Below the pieces are notes generated by a model. That model worked only from the letters and a program-made list of their open reading frames with translations, was not told the origin of the DNA and did not search any database. From Myxococcales bacterium (GTDB taxonomy: Bacteria; Myxococcota_A; Polyangia; Polyangiales; Polyangiaceae): a DNA stretch of 64,000 nt. The position numbers and the translations under genes are program-made. How positions within the stretch are numbered: position 1 is the first letter of the stretch; every line of letters begins with the position of its first letter. This document shows, piece by piece, positions 48,622 through 57,730 of the stretch. Location of the stretch: positions 19,461 to 83,460 of the forward strand of contig JBEQTH010000065.1 in NCBI GenBank assembly GCA_040348785.1, written 5' to 3'.

Positions 48622-49776
48622 ATGTCTATCGCCGGCGACTTACTCACCACTGCGACTCCGGCGCGCCTGTTGTGCCGTCGCGGGACGTGGGTGCTCGAGC
48701 TCGTGCGGTTGGTGGCGGTTGACCGAAACGTGTTTCAGCCGCGCGTTCAACGGCTGGAGGGCGCCGAAGCGGTCCTTCAGCATTTGAAACGCGCGGGCGA
48801 CAACCCGGCATTGGCTGCCGCCGCCAGCCAGCTGATGCGCAATTCGCGCTCGGAAGAGGAACGCGCCTTCGACGCGGTCGACGGCGATTGGGTGCCCGGC
48901 GAGCTCGCCGCGCGCCGCGACAGCACTCGGCCAAGCGCGCCACCCCCGGGCGGAGGCGGCGTCGGCGAGGTGGCGGAGCTACGGGCAGAGCTGCTCGTCT
49001 TGCGCGCGGCGCACGAGCGGCTGCGCGAACGCGTGCAGCGACTCGAGGCACAGGTTCATAGCGGCGGGCGGACGCGCGACGTGTTGTCCGTCCCACCCAC
49101 GCCGTCGTTCGTGATGCCCAAGGTGTCGGACGTACCTGAGCCCGCCGCAACGCTGGCCTCCGGGGGCTCGCTGCCGGCATTTGCGCCGGGCACGCCGTCG
49201 GTGCCGGCTGCAGCTGCAGGGGGCTCGTCCGTCCCAGCGCGGGCTGCGGGGGGCTCGTCCGTCCCAGCACAGGCGGCCACGCGCGTCTCGGGCGCCTCCT
49301 CGGTCGCCCCGAGTGGGTTGGCTCTGCCCTCCGTCGCCGCCGTGAACGCGAGCCTGCACGCGCTGATCGGTGACGTGGCGACCGTGGAAGAAAAGCGTCC
49401 GCTATCGTTCGAGCCGAGCGGGCTCGGTGCGTGTTGGGTGTCGCGCCTGATCGACGACGAGGGCCACGATGTGGGCATCATCATCGCCGATTTTGCGGCC
49501 ACGCTGAGCCTGGGCGGCAAGCTCATGTCCCTCGCCGCGCACGAAATCGACGCCCAACGCGCGCTCGGCACTCCGAGCGATGACGTGATCAGCGCCATGG
49601 GTGAGGTGACGAACAACCTGTGCGAGACCATCAACCAGAGCGGGCGCCTCCAGGTGCGCGTGAAGCCGATCGAACCGCTGGTTCCGGGCTCGCTCGACTG
49701 GGCCGAGAAGGCGGGCGCCGGCCTCGAGCTCGAGCTGAGCGGCGGCCTCGGTCGGCTATTCTTGTTCGCGCGCTGA
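48622..49776 (+). CDS. hypothetical protein with CheX/CheC-like C-terminal region
   Basis: Coiled coil, Pro/Ala linker, DVISAMGEVTNNL motif. Confidence 0.55.
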   Translation: MSIAGDLLTTATPARLLCRRGTWVLELVRLVAVDRNVFQPRVQRLEGAEAVLQHLKRAGDNPALAAAASQLMRNSRSEEERAFDAVDGDWVPGELAARRDSTRPSAPPPGGGGVGEVAELRAELLVLRAAHERLRERVQRLEAQVHSGGRTRDVLSVPPTPSFVMPKVSDVPEPAATLASGGSLPAFAPGTPSVPAAAAGGSSVPARAAGGSSVPAQAATRVSGASSVAPSGLALPSVAAVNASLHALIGDVATVEEKRPLSFEPSGLGACWVSRLIDDEGHDVGIIIADFAATLSLGGKLMSLAAHEIDAQRALGTPSDDVISAMGEVTNNLCETINQSGRLQVRVKPIEPLVPGSLDWAEKAGAGLELELSGGLGRLFLFAR

Positions 49777-50979
49777 AACGGTCGGCCTCGGCTCGCGCCG
49801 AGCGGGCGGAGGCCGGCGCGCCGGGATGCGCACGCGTTCAGTACGCGGGATGCGTACGCCACCACCGCCGGTGACCGGGATCCGATACACGGCCTGCTCG
49901 TGGATCAGATTCGAGCGGAGCCCGTTGGCCTCGCGAATCGCGTGCACGGTGCTGCCGTACTTCTTGGCGATCATGGCCAGGGTTTCGTTCTTCTTGGCCT
50001 TGTGGGTCAGGTACTGCTCGGGCGCCTTCACCAACTTGTGCCGCGAGAGCGAGGCATAGCAGCGCCGCGCCGTCTCTTGTGCGATGGGATTGAAGAAGCG
50101 CAAATGCAGGTGAGTCGCGTGGCCCGGCGCGTGGCGGATGATGGCGCGCGTCGCGCCCTTTCCTTGGAAAATCTGATCGAGCCAGGTCGGATCCTCTCCG
50201 ATCGACAGTGCGTATTCTTTGAGCGGTTCCTGCAGGCCGTGGTCGAGCAAGATCAAGTCGATGTCCGTCTTGGCGATCAGCGCGCGGACGAACGCCCAGA
50301 GCCTCGGAAAGTCCAAGTTGTCGCGCGTGCCGCGGGCGTACCAGCGGGTGCCATCTCGATAGTAGAAGCTGATATCCAGGTCTCGCCCCGCTTGATGGCT
50401 GATGTGCGGTCGCAGCGGGCCGCCGTGGCGCGCGCCGATGTCACCCAAAGCCAGCGGAGGAGTATCTGGGAACTCGTTATGCACGGCTTGCACGGCGCTG
50501 TTCAGGTAATCGAGCGTCTCTTGTGTGCCCCAGGCATCCCCGGGGCTGACCAGCGTGTAAAGCGGCGAGGCAACGGCCTGCACGCCGTTCACCAAACCGC
50601 CCGCGTTGGGCGTCCCAACGGACATCGGACCGAGCGAAGCCAAGTCGGTGGTCACCGCGTGCTCGATGCGTTCATCCGACCAGCCGTCGAGCGGGTGGGG
50701 GACGGTCGCGCCGGAGACGGGCTCGGCAACCTCGCCGTCGTCGACCCGTTCGTCGCTTGCATCCTCGTCGTGATCGCTGTCCCCGGAATCATCCAGCGCG
50801 GGCTCGCTCGGCGCGGCCGAAGCATCGGTGGCTGCAGCCGGATTCGCCGCATGAGCGTGCGGCCCGGGATCGGGGCTCACGGGGAGCATCAGTGCGCTGC
50901 GAGGGGCACAGGCTCCGCACGCGAAGAGCAACGCCCACAGCAGGTTGCGGCGGGCGCTCACTTGACCGAGCGATACCAT
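49756..50979 (-). CDS. MepA-like murein endopeptidase with LysM domain
   Basis: GGLVNG, WGT, HISHQAGRDLD, HATHLH, ETLAMIAKKYG. Confidence 0.88.
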   Translation of the reverse strand: MVSLGQVSARRNLLWALLFACGACAPRSALMLPVSPDPGPHAHAANPAAATDASAAPSEPALDDSGDSDHDEDASDERVDDGEVAEPVSGATVPHPLDGWSDERIEHAVTTDLASLGPMSVGTPNAGGLVNGVQAVASPLYTLVSPGDAWGTQETLDYLNSAVQAVHNEFPDTPPLALGDIGARHGGPLRPHISHQAGRDLDISFYYRDGTRWYARGTRDNLDFPRLWAFVRALIAKTDIDLILLDHGLQEPLKEYALSIGEDPTWLDQIFQGKGATRAIIRHAPGHATHLHLRFFNPIAQETARRCYASLSRHKLVKAPEQYLTHKAKKNETLAMIAKKYGSTVHAIREANGLRSNLIHEQAVYRIPVTGGGGVRIPRTERVRIPARRPPPARREPRPTVSAREQE

Positions 50980-51896
50980 TCGAACGTGTGCCGCAACCCC
51001 TCGCTGATCAACACGGGCTCACCGATGGCGCGGCTGAAGCCCGTGGGATCCAGCACTGAGCGCCCAATGTCCCCCGCGCGAGGCGGAGTGAAGACAGTGC
51101 GCGGCTCTACCCCTGCGACCTTGCTGATCTGGGTTGCGAGCTCCAAGGTCGACACGTTTTGCCCCGTACACACGTTCATCACGCGCGCGGGCAGGGTGCC
51201 AGCGAGCGCCGCGAGGTTGGCGCGCGCGGCGTCGCCCACGTACGCGTAGTCACGCACGCAGCCCGGATCCCCCTCGCGCTTCATGCCATTCACGCGCAGG
51301 GTGCCGCCGGCGAGCACGGTGTCGAAAAAGATCGCGACGACCCCCGCTTCACCGTGCGGATCCTGACGGGGGCCATAGATGTTGGCGTAGCGCAGCACCA
51401 CACTGTCCAAGCCGTGGTGCGTGCGGTAGACGTCGAGCAGTTGCTCGAAGGCGAGCTTGTGAATTGCGTACGGGCTGATCGGCGCGGGGCGCCACGCTTC
51501 ATCGGCGAGTTGGCCCTCGGGTACCTCACCGCAGATCGCGCCGCCGGTGCTGGCGAACACGAGGCGCTTCACCTTCGTGGCCACGCACGCGTCGAGCAAG
51601 TTGATGCCGCCCAGGACGTTGACCTCACCGTCCAGGTACGGCTCACGCACGCTGACCGAGACGCTGATCTGCGCCGCCTGGTGACTCACCAGCTCGGGTT
51701 TGAACTCACTCAGCACCCCGAGCACCGCGGCGCGGTTGCGCAGATCGACCTCGAACAACGGGACCGACGCGGGCACGTTCGAACGTTTGCCCGAGCTCAG
51801 ATTGTCGAGCACGGCCACAGAATGACCCGCCGCAAGGGCCCCTTCGACCACGTGACTGCCGATAAAACCCGCACCACCGCTGACCAGAACTCGCAT
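50958..51896 (-). CDS. NAD-dependent epimerase/dehydratase (GalE-like)
   Basis: GGAGFIGSH, YAIHK, RYANIYGPRQ. Confidence 0.92.
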   Translation of the reverse strand: MRVLVSGGAGFIGSHVVEGALAAGHSVAVLDNLSSGKRSNVPASVPLFEVDLRNRAAVLGVLSEFKPELVSHQAAQISVSVSVREPYLDGEVNVLGGINLLDACVATKVKRLVFASTGGAICGEVPEGQLADEAWRPAPISPYAIHKLAFEQLLDVYRTHHGLDSVVLRYANIYGPRQDPHGEAGVVAIFFDTVLAGGTLRVNGMKREGDPGCVRDYAYVGDAARANLAALAGTLPARVMNVCTGQNVSTLELATQISKVAGVEPRTVFTPPRAGDIGRSVLDPTGFSRAIGEPVLISEGLRHTFEWYRSVK

Positions 51897-51938
51897 CGGC
51901 ACGTCATATAGCCGAGATGTGGGGCGCTGCAACCAGGC

Positions 51939-53096
51939 TCAGGGCCCTGGCACCGGTTCGCTGCAGCACCGAAACCCGATTTCCTTGTCGAGAGCGGAGC
52001 GCGCTTTGCTCGCCAGCACCGCGGGTTTGCCGTGCTCGCTCGAATTGCACAACAGGGATGGCTCACCGCTCACGACTCGGTTCGTGTCGAGGTAGCTGCC
52101 ACCGCGGATCAGGCATTGATCCGTCGCGCCGCCATTCGCGGCGCAGGAGTCTTCCCATTCGGCGACGTTGCCACTCATGTCGTACAGGCCGCTGTAGCCA
52201 CCTTCGCAATTGGTATTCGGGACTGCCACCGGATGGATCGCGGTGTTGTCGACGCCGACGCACTTCATGCCATCGTAAGTATTCCCGTACGGCAGCTCGT
52301 TGTCGCCAGCATGCGAGCACGCGCGGAACCACTGGCTCTGGTTCGGGTCAGCGAAGCTCCCAGGCGCGTTGCTGCCGCCGCCGATCTTGCCGCACAGGCG
52401 CTTGCCGTCCCATTTGCAGAACGCGGCTGCGTCGCACCAATCCACGCAGGCAACGGGTTGGTTCTTGAGGTTGATCGGGTCGTATTGATTGCAGCCGTTG
52501 CCCATCGCGGGCAGGTAGCTGGTGTTGAATGAACACGCAGCGGCCTGCCCGGTGGGCGGGGATGCGGCGTCGACGAACGCTTGGTACTCGACGTTTTTCA
52601 CCTCGGCGCGGTCGATGCAATAGAACCCGCCGCCAGCCAGCGGGATCTCGACGGTCAACCGATGGTGCGGGTCGGGACAGACGAGCGCGCCCGCAGCGCC
52701 GCCGCTGCCGCTGCCGCCGGCGGGGGCACCAGCAACTGCAGAGCCAGCCGCGCCGCCGCCGGGCGCACCCGCGCTGGCACCACCCGCCCCACTGCTATTT
52801 CCTTCGCCGGCCTGGTTCCGAGCGCCCCCGCCCGGCGCTCCCGACGCGTTGCTGCCAGAGCCGGCGACCGCCGAGCTTCCAGCGCTCGCGCCGCCTGAGC
52901 TCGGGTTGCCGGATCGGCCGCTGGTCGTGGCGCCCGCTTGCTCGGGACTAGAACCGCCCGCTCCGGCATTCTTCCCCGCGAGCTCATAGCCGTCGAACGA
53001 AACGAAGCACCCGCCAAAGGTGGCTATCGCGAAGAACGCAAAGATAGACCCCCGAGCGGGTGATGCGAGTCGAGTGCACAGCTTCGAGCGAGACAT
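51939..53096 (-). CDS. SUMF1/FGE-sulfatase domain lipoprotein
   Basis: VDWCDAAAFC, GLYDMSGNVAEW, RGGS, GFRCC. Confidence 0.9.
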   Translation of the reverse strand: MSRSKLCTRLASPARGSIFAFFAIATFGGCFVSFDGYELAGKNAGAGGSSPEQAGATTSGRSGNPSSGGASAGSSAVAGSGSNASGAPGGGARNQAGEGNSSGAGGASAGAPGGGAAGSAVAGAPAGGSGSGGAAGALVCPDPHHRLTVEIPLAGGGFYCIDRAEVKNVEYQAFVDAASPPTGQAAACSFNTSYLPAMGNGCNQYDPINLKNQPVACVDWCDAAAFCKWDGKRLCGKIGGGSNAPGSFADPNQSQWFRACSHAGDNELPYGNTYDGMKCVGVDNTAIHPVAVPNTNCEGGYSGLYDMSGNVAEWEDSCAANGGATDQCLIRGGSYLDTNRVVSGEPSLLCNSSEHGKPAVLASKARSALDKEIGFRCCSEPVPGP

Positions 53097-53144
53097 GGCA
53101 GCCGTGCACTCAATCTACACGAGCTTGCAAGACAAGAAGATCGA

Positions 53145-53471
53145 TTATGGCTTCGTGGTCGGCGGCTTCGGATCTTTCGGAGTCGGCGGCTTCGGATCTT
53201 TCGGAGTCGCGTCGGCGAATTGCTTGGCCTTCAGGATCTCGCCTTGGGCGCGGGTCAACAGCTGGATGGCTTCCTTGCGATGGCCGCCGAACTCCTTCTT
53301 AGGATCCGGATTCTCGGCCGCTTTCAAGACCGCGACGGCCTTGGTGATCAGGTCTGTGGCCTCGTCGAGCCGGGGGTCCGCGGCGTAGGCGGCGCCGGCA
53401 AAAAAGGCACCCGCCACGGTCAGGGCACCCGCCACGAACACCGCAGATCGCTTCATCGACGTATTTTGCAT
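53145..53471 (-). CDS. small secreted helical protein
   Basis: Signal peptide, FGGHRKEAI motif, C-terminal PKDPKPPT twice. Confidence 0.7.
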   Translation of the reverse strand: MQNTSMKRSAVFVAGALTVAGAFFAGAAYAADPRLDEATDLITKAVAVLKAAENPDPKKEFGGHRKEAIQLLTRAQGEILKAKQFADATPKDPKPPTPKDPKPPTTKP

Positions 53472-53755
53472 GAAAAAAGTTCCCTCCAGAAAAGGTGACC
53501 GGATGATACCGAGCTTACGCGGTATGGCCGCATTTCTTCCCAAGGTCAGTAGGCCTCGAGCGCTGCATTCCAGGCTCAGCTCACGGCCGTTTGGCCGAGC
53601 GTTTACGCCGGATACGCAAGATCCATAATCCGTGCTTTGCACGAGGGCTGCGTGCCACTGTGAGTGACGTTCGCAGATCGAAATGCGCGAGATCGTGCGT
53701 ACCGGGAGAAACCTCACTACTCTGCCGTACTAGCGGGATCGAGATCACGAGCAGC

Positions 53756-55228
53756 ATGGCCCTTCAGAAGGACATCATCGAGCGTGCCAATGCGCGGCTC
53801 GGCAGCGTGCTGAAGGGCAAGTGGCGTCTCGACGCCGTGATCGGCATTGGCGGAATGGCCAGCGTTTATGCGTCCACCCACCGCAATCAGGCGCGTGCCG
53901 CGATCAAGCTCCTGCACCCCGAGGTCGCCCTGGATGCGGAAGTGACGGCGCGCTTCTTGCGGGAGGGCTACGTGGCCAACGCGGTGGGGCACCCGGGCAC
54001 CGTGACCGTGCTCGACGACGACGTGAGCGAGGACAATGCGCCGTTTTTGGTGATGGAGCTCCTGGTCGGCCAGACACTCGACACGATGCTGGCCATGGAG
54101 CCCGACGGCATTGCCGCGCACGAAGTGCTACCGCTGCTCGATCAGCTCTTGGACGTGCTCGCCGCCGCACACGACAAGGGCATCGTGCATCGCGATCTCA
54201 AGCCGGAGAATTTGTTCCTCACGAGCGATGGCCGGCTGAAGGTGCTGGACTTCGGGATCGCGCGTTTACGCGAGCTGACGTCCGCGAACAGCCCGTCGGC
54301 GACGCAGGCGGGCTCGGTGCTCGGCACGCCTGCGTTCATGGCGCCCGAACAAGCCCTGGGCCGTTGGCACGAGGTGGACGGCCGCACCGACATCTGGTCC
54401 GTGGGCGCGACAGCGTTTACCTTGCTTACCGGGCAATTCGTCCACCAAGCCGAGACGCTGCAAGAGCAGCTGGTGCTCTCGGCGACGCGCCCGGCGCGCC
54501 TGTTGCGCGACGTGCGGCCGAGCCTGCCCGAAGGGCTCGCGCAGGTGATCGACCGCGCGCTCGCTTTCGAGCGTGATGAGCGGTTCCCCCATGCGCGCGC
54601 CATGCGCGGCGCACTTCGAAAAGCCACGGGTCAGGTTTCACTCGACTCGTTCACGCCGGTTTCGCCGCGCATTCCCGAGTCCGCGCGCGTTTCGACAGCA
54701 GCGGACGAACACGGCGCAACCCTCGTTGCCCCGCTCGACGTGACGTCGGCGATCACGGGGCGCTCCAGCTCGCCCACGGGGCGGCCAGTGACGCGTTCCA
54801 CGGTCATCAGCGGGGGTCCGCGCGTCGCGCGGCGGCAATGGCCGTTGGTCGCGGCCGTGGTGGTGCTCGGCTTGCTTGGCAGTGCGCTCGTGCTGGCGGT
54901 TGGCCATCGCACGAGCAGCGCCGATCCGCCGCCGGGCAGTGCTTCGCTGAGCCCACCCAATGCGCCACCGTCGCCGGACACGGCGCGCGCCACGCCCCGA
55001 GTGCTCTCGACCTCCACGCCCGCGGTGGCCGCCGTGCTCGATGCCGGAAGCAGTGTCCCGACCCTACCCACGGTGAGCACGGCGGCCGCCGTCAAACACC
55101 CGCCCGTGATCCTGCCGAAGCGTGTGGACCATTTGGCGCCCACGCCGACGCCGATCCCCAACCTATCCAAACCAACGGTCACGAAATCGCTGCTCGGTGA
55201 AGACAACCCGTTCGATCGCCGTCACTGA
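53756..55228 (+). CDS. membrane Ser/Thr protein kinase
   Basis: GIGGMASVY, HRDLKPEN, DFG, FMAPE, TM helix and Pro-rich tail. Confidence 0.95.
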   Translation: MALQKDIIERANARLGSVLKGKWRLDAVIGIGGMASVYASTHRNQARAAIKLLHPEVALDAEVTARFLREGYVANAVGHPGTVTVLDDDVSEDNAPFLVMELLVGQTLDTMLAMEPDGIAAHEVLPLLDQLLDVLAAAHDKGIVHRDLKPENLFLTSDGRLKVLDFGIARLRELTSANSPSATQAGSVLGTPAFMAPEQALGRWHEVDGRTDIWSVGATAFTLLTGQFVHQAETLQEQLVLSATRPARLLRDVRPSLPEGLAQVIDRALAFERDERFPHARAMRGALRKATGQVSLDSFTPVSPRIPESARVSTAADEHGATLVAPLDVTSAITGRSSSPTGRPVTRSTVISGGPRVARRQWPLVAAVVVLGLLGSALVLAVGHRTSSADPPPGSASLSPPNAPPSPDTARATPRVLSTSTPAVAAVLDAGSSVPTLPTVSTAAAVKHPPVILPKRVDHLAPTPTPIPNLSKPTVTKSLLGEDNPFDRRH

Positions 55229-55241
55229 CGGGCGGAAGGCG

Positions 55242-56198
55242 ATGTTAGGATTCGGGGCGATGCCGACGCGCAGAAAACTCGGGCTCAGCGGGCTGTGCTT
55301 GGCCGCGGCACTGCTGCCCTGTGCGTCGGGTCACGCTCAGGAGCGCCGGGATCCGGCTGCTGCCGAGGAGCTGTTTCGGCAGGGCCGGGCCGCCGTCCAG
55401 CAACGCGACTACCTCAACGCCTGCGCCAAGTTCCGCGAGAGCAACCGCTTGGATCCGGCGCTGGGCACGCTGTTCAACATCGCCGATTGCGAAGAGAAGC
55501 TGGGTCGCTACGCGACATCGTGGACGCTGTTCGAGGAAGTCGCCCAGCGTCTAACTCCTGACGATGACCGGCGCGCCATCGCGGTCAAGCGCGCACAGGG
55601 TCTCGAGGCGCGCGTCCCACGGCTGACTGTACACCTCACCCCGTCGAGCCACGCAGACGCGTTCGTCCAGCGGGACGGCGTCGCGCTCGGCAGCGCCAGT
55701 TTGGACACCGCGCTACCGGTGGATCCCGGCGAGCATGTGGTCGTGGTCGAAGCCCCCGGCACTCAGCCCGCTCAGTTCCGAACCAGCGTTGGGGAGGGGG
55801 AGCGCGCTGAGCTCGTGGTCAGCGTCGGGTCGGTATTGGCGCCCGGACACGGCTCCGGCGCGCCGCTGAATGCCGGATCTTCCGGGAGCTCGCGGCGGGC
55901 CGCGGTGTACGTGGCCGGCGGCATCGGCGCAGCGGGCTTGGTTACCGGTGTGGTCGCGGGGTTGCTAGTGCTGAGTCACAAGAGCACGGTCAACGACAAT
56001 TGTTCCGGCAAGCTCTGCAACCAGGCGGGAGTCGACGCCGCGCATTCCGGGAAAACGCTCGGCGTGGTCACCACGGTCGGCTTGGTTACGGGAGCGCTCG
56101 GGCTCGGCGCTGCGACGTATTTGCTTTTGTCCGCGCCCGCGCCCACTGAAAATGCGCGTTCGGGGGCGTATCTCGTCGGGATCCGCGCTACATGGTAG
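55242..56198 (+). CDS. TPR + PEGA domain protein
   Basis: AAEELFRQGR, TLFNIADCEEKLG, VDPGEH, hydrophobic C-terminus. Confidence 0.82.
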   Translation: MLGFGAMPTRRKLGLSGLCLAAALLPCASGHAQERRDPAAAEELFRQGRAAVQQRDYLNACAKFRESNRLDPALGTLFNIADCEEKLGRYATSWTLFEEVAQRLTPDDDRRAIAVKRAQGLEARVPRLTVHLTPSSHADAFVQRDGVALGSASLDTALPVDPGEHVVVVEAPGTQPAQFRTSVGEGERAELVVSVGSVLAPGHGSGAPLNAGSSGSSRRAAVYVAGGIGAAGLVTGVVAGLLVLSHKSTVNDNCSGKLCNQAGVDAAHSGKTLGVVTTVGLVTGALGLGAATYLLLSAPAPTENARSGAYLVGIRATW

Positions 56199-56202
56199 CG
56201 GC

Positions 56203-56808
56203 GTGAGCCCCTCATCCTCCCCTGAATCGTTAGGCCCTGACCCACTCACCATCTTCGATGCTTGGTTTGCCGAAGCGCGCGCGCTCGATCCCAAGTTTGC
56301 CGACGCGATGACGCTCGCTACGTCCAGCGTAGACGGTCGGCCGTCGGCACGCACGGTCCTGTACAAGGGCTTGGTCGACGGCGCCGTGTGCTTCGTGACC
56401 AACTACGAGAGCACGAAGGGGCGCGAGCTCATCGCCAATCCGCAGGCGGCCTTGGTCTTCTTTTGGGCAAGCTTGAATCGCCAAGTTCGCTTCGAAGGCC
56501 GCGCCGAACCGGCTTCAGCGGCTTGGTCCGACGGCTACTTCGCGTCGCGCGCGCGCTCGAGTCAAATAGGCGCCTGGGCGTCTGCACAGAGCCAAGTGAT
56601 TGCCTCGCGGGACGTGCTGGAGGCACGTATCGCCGAAGCCGAAGCGCGCTTCGCTGGGGTCCCCGTGACACGGCCCCCGTTTTGGGGTGGCTTTCGCCTG
56701 GTCCCGGATCGTGTCGAGTTTTGGCTCGGCCAGGACGCGCGCCTGCACGATCGCTTCTCGTACTTTCGCGAGCCGGGCGGTTGGCGCGTGAGCCGCCTGT
56801 CTCCGTAG
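56203..56808 (+). CDS. pdxH: pyridoxine/pyridoxamine 5'-phosphate oxidase
   Basis: AMTLAT, PSARTVLYK, TNYESTKG, RQVR, EFWLG...RLHDR, RLSP. Confidence 0.95.
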   Translation: MSPSSSPESLGPDPLTIFDAWFAEARALDPKFADAMTLATSSVDGRPSARTVLYKGLVDGAVCFVTNYESTKGRELIANPQAALVFFWASLNRQVRFEGRAEPASAAWSDGYFASRARSSQIGAWASAQSQVIASRDVLEARIAEAEARFAGVPVTRPPFWGGFRLVPDRVEFWLGQDARLHDRFSYFREPGGWRVSRLSP

Positions 56809-56817
56809 CGCCCGGCG

Positions 56818-57042
56818 CTACACGTCGACCGAGCGGCGCGGGCGGAGGCTGCGCTCGATCGTGACTTCGAGCTCTGCGGGCGGCGTGCAGAACACGGCTT
56901 GATGTCCGGCGCCTTCGGAGCGCAGCCCGGTCGGCATCTCCGGGCAGTCGTTTTTTTTTAGGAATTCACGCAAGTGAATCAAGAAGTGCTGCGCCGTGCC
57001 GTCGGCGCGCGGCCCGAAGAAATCCCAGAAGAAGCTCTTCAT
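56818..57042 (-). CDS. hypothetical protein
   Basis: 74-aa ORF co-oriented downstream of the cox3-like gene. Confidence 0.65.
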   Translation of the reverse strand: MKSFFWDFFGPRADGTAQHFLIHLREFLKKNDCPEMPTGLRSEGAGHQAVFCTPPAELEVTIERSLRPRRSVDV

Positions 57043-57060
57043 TGCTGTCCGCGCGTCGAC

Positions 57061-57690
57061 TCAGGTGGCAAAGTACAAGACGCCGATCAGGATGGACCAG
57101 ATCACGCCCAAGTAGTCCCAGTACTGCGCGCACAGCTTGACGCCTTCGTGGTTCGAGCTCGAGTACTCACGACGTCGCGCTTTGCCGAGCACGATGAACA
57201 GCGGGATGAAGCCGCCGATCACGTGCGCGGCGTGCAGCCCGGTCAGCATGTAGAACGTGAAGGCGTAGAGTGTGCGCGCCTCCGTGGCGACCGCGGCTGC
57301 GTACATCGAACGCCAATTGTTCATCTGACCGATGACAAATGCCCCGCCGAGTAAAAGCGCCACGCTGAGCCCGCGCTGCAACGCATCGAAACGATTCTGA
57401 CGTACCGCGCGCAATGCGTAATGCATCGACACACTCAAGCTCGCGATCAAGATCGAGCTCGCGATCAGGCCCAGGGGCAGCCCGGGCATGGACGCCGTTT
57501 TCCAGACCGCATTCTGATGACGCGTGATCAGGTAGCCGACGACGCTCGCCCCGAAGAACATGGTCAGCGTGCCGAAGAGCATGATCATCGCCAATTGTTT
57601 CGGCGAAACGCCGCCCGCGTGAACGCTCGACCCGGCGGCCGCGCTCGGCGCCGCGGAAATCCGAGACAGTGGGGGTTGGGGCTCGGTCAT
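57061..57690 (-). CDS. heme-copper oxidase subunit III family protein
   Basis: FYMLTGLHAAHVIGG and YWDYLGVIW. Confidence 0.9.
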   Translation of the reverse strand: MTEPQPPLSRISAAPSAAAGSSVHAGGVSPKQLAMIMLFGTLTMFFGASVVGYLITRHQNAVWKTASMPGLPLGLIASSILIASLSVSMHYALRAVRQNRFDALQRGLSVALLLGGAFVIGQMNNWRSMYAAAVATEARTLYAFTFYMLTGLHAAHVIGGFIPLFIVLGKARRREYSSSNHEGVKLCAQYWDYLGVIWSILIGVLYFAT

Positions 57691-57730
57691 CTTTTCGACG
57701 CGCTACTTGCCCTAAAACGTTTCCAGCGCC

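Noticed and set aside
53161-53208. 24-bp tandem duplication
   Set aside because: Encodes the PKDPKPPT low-complexity tail; not a mobile or regulatory repeat
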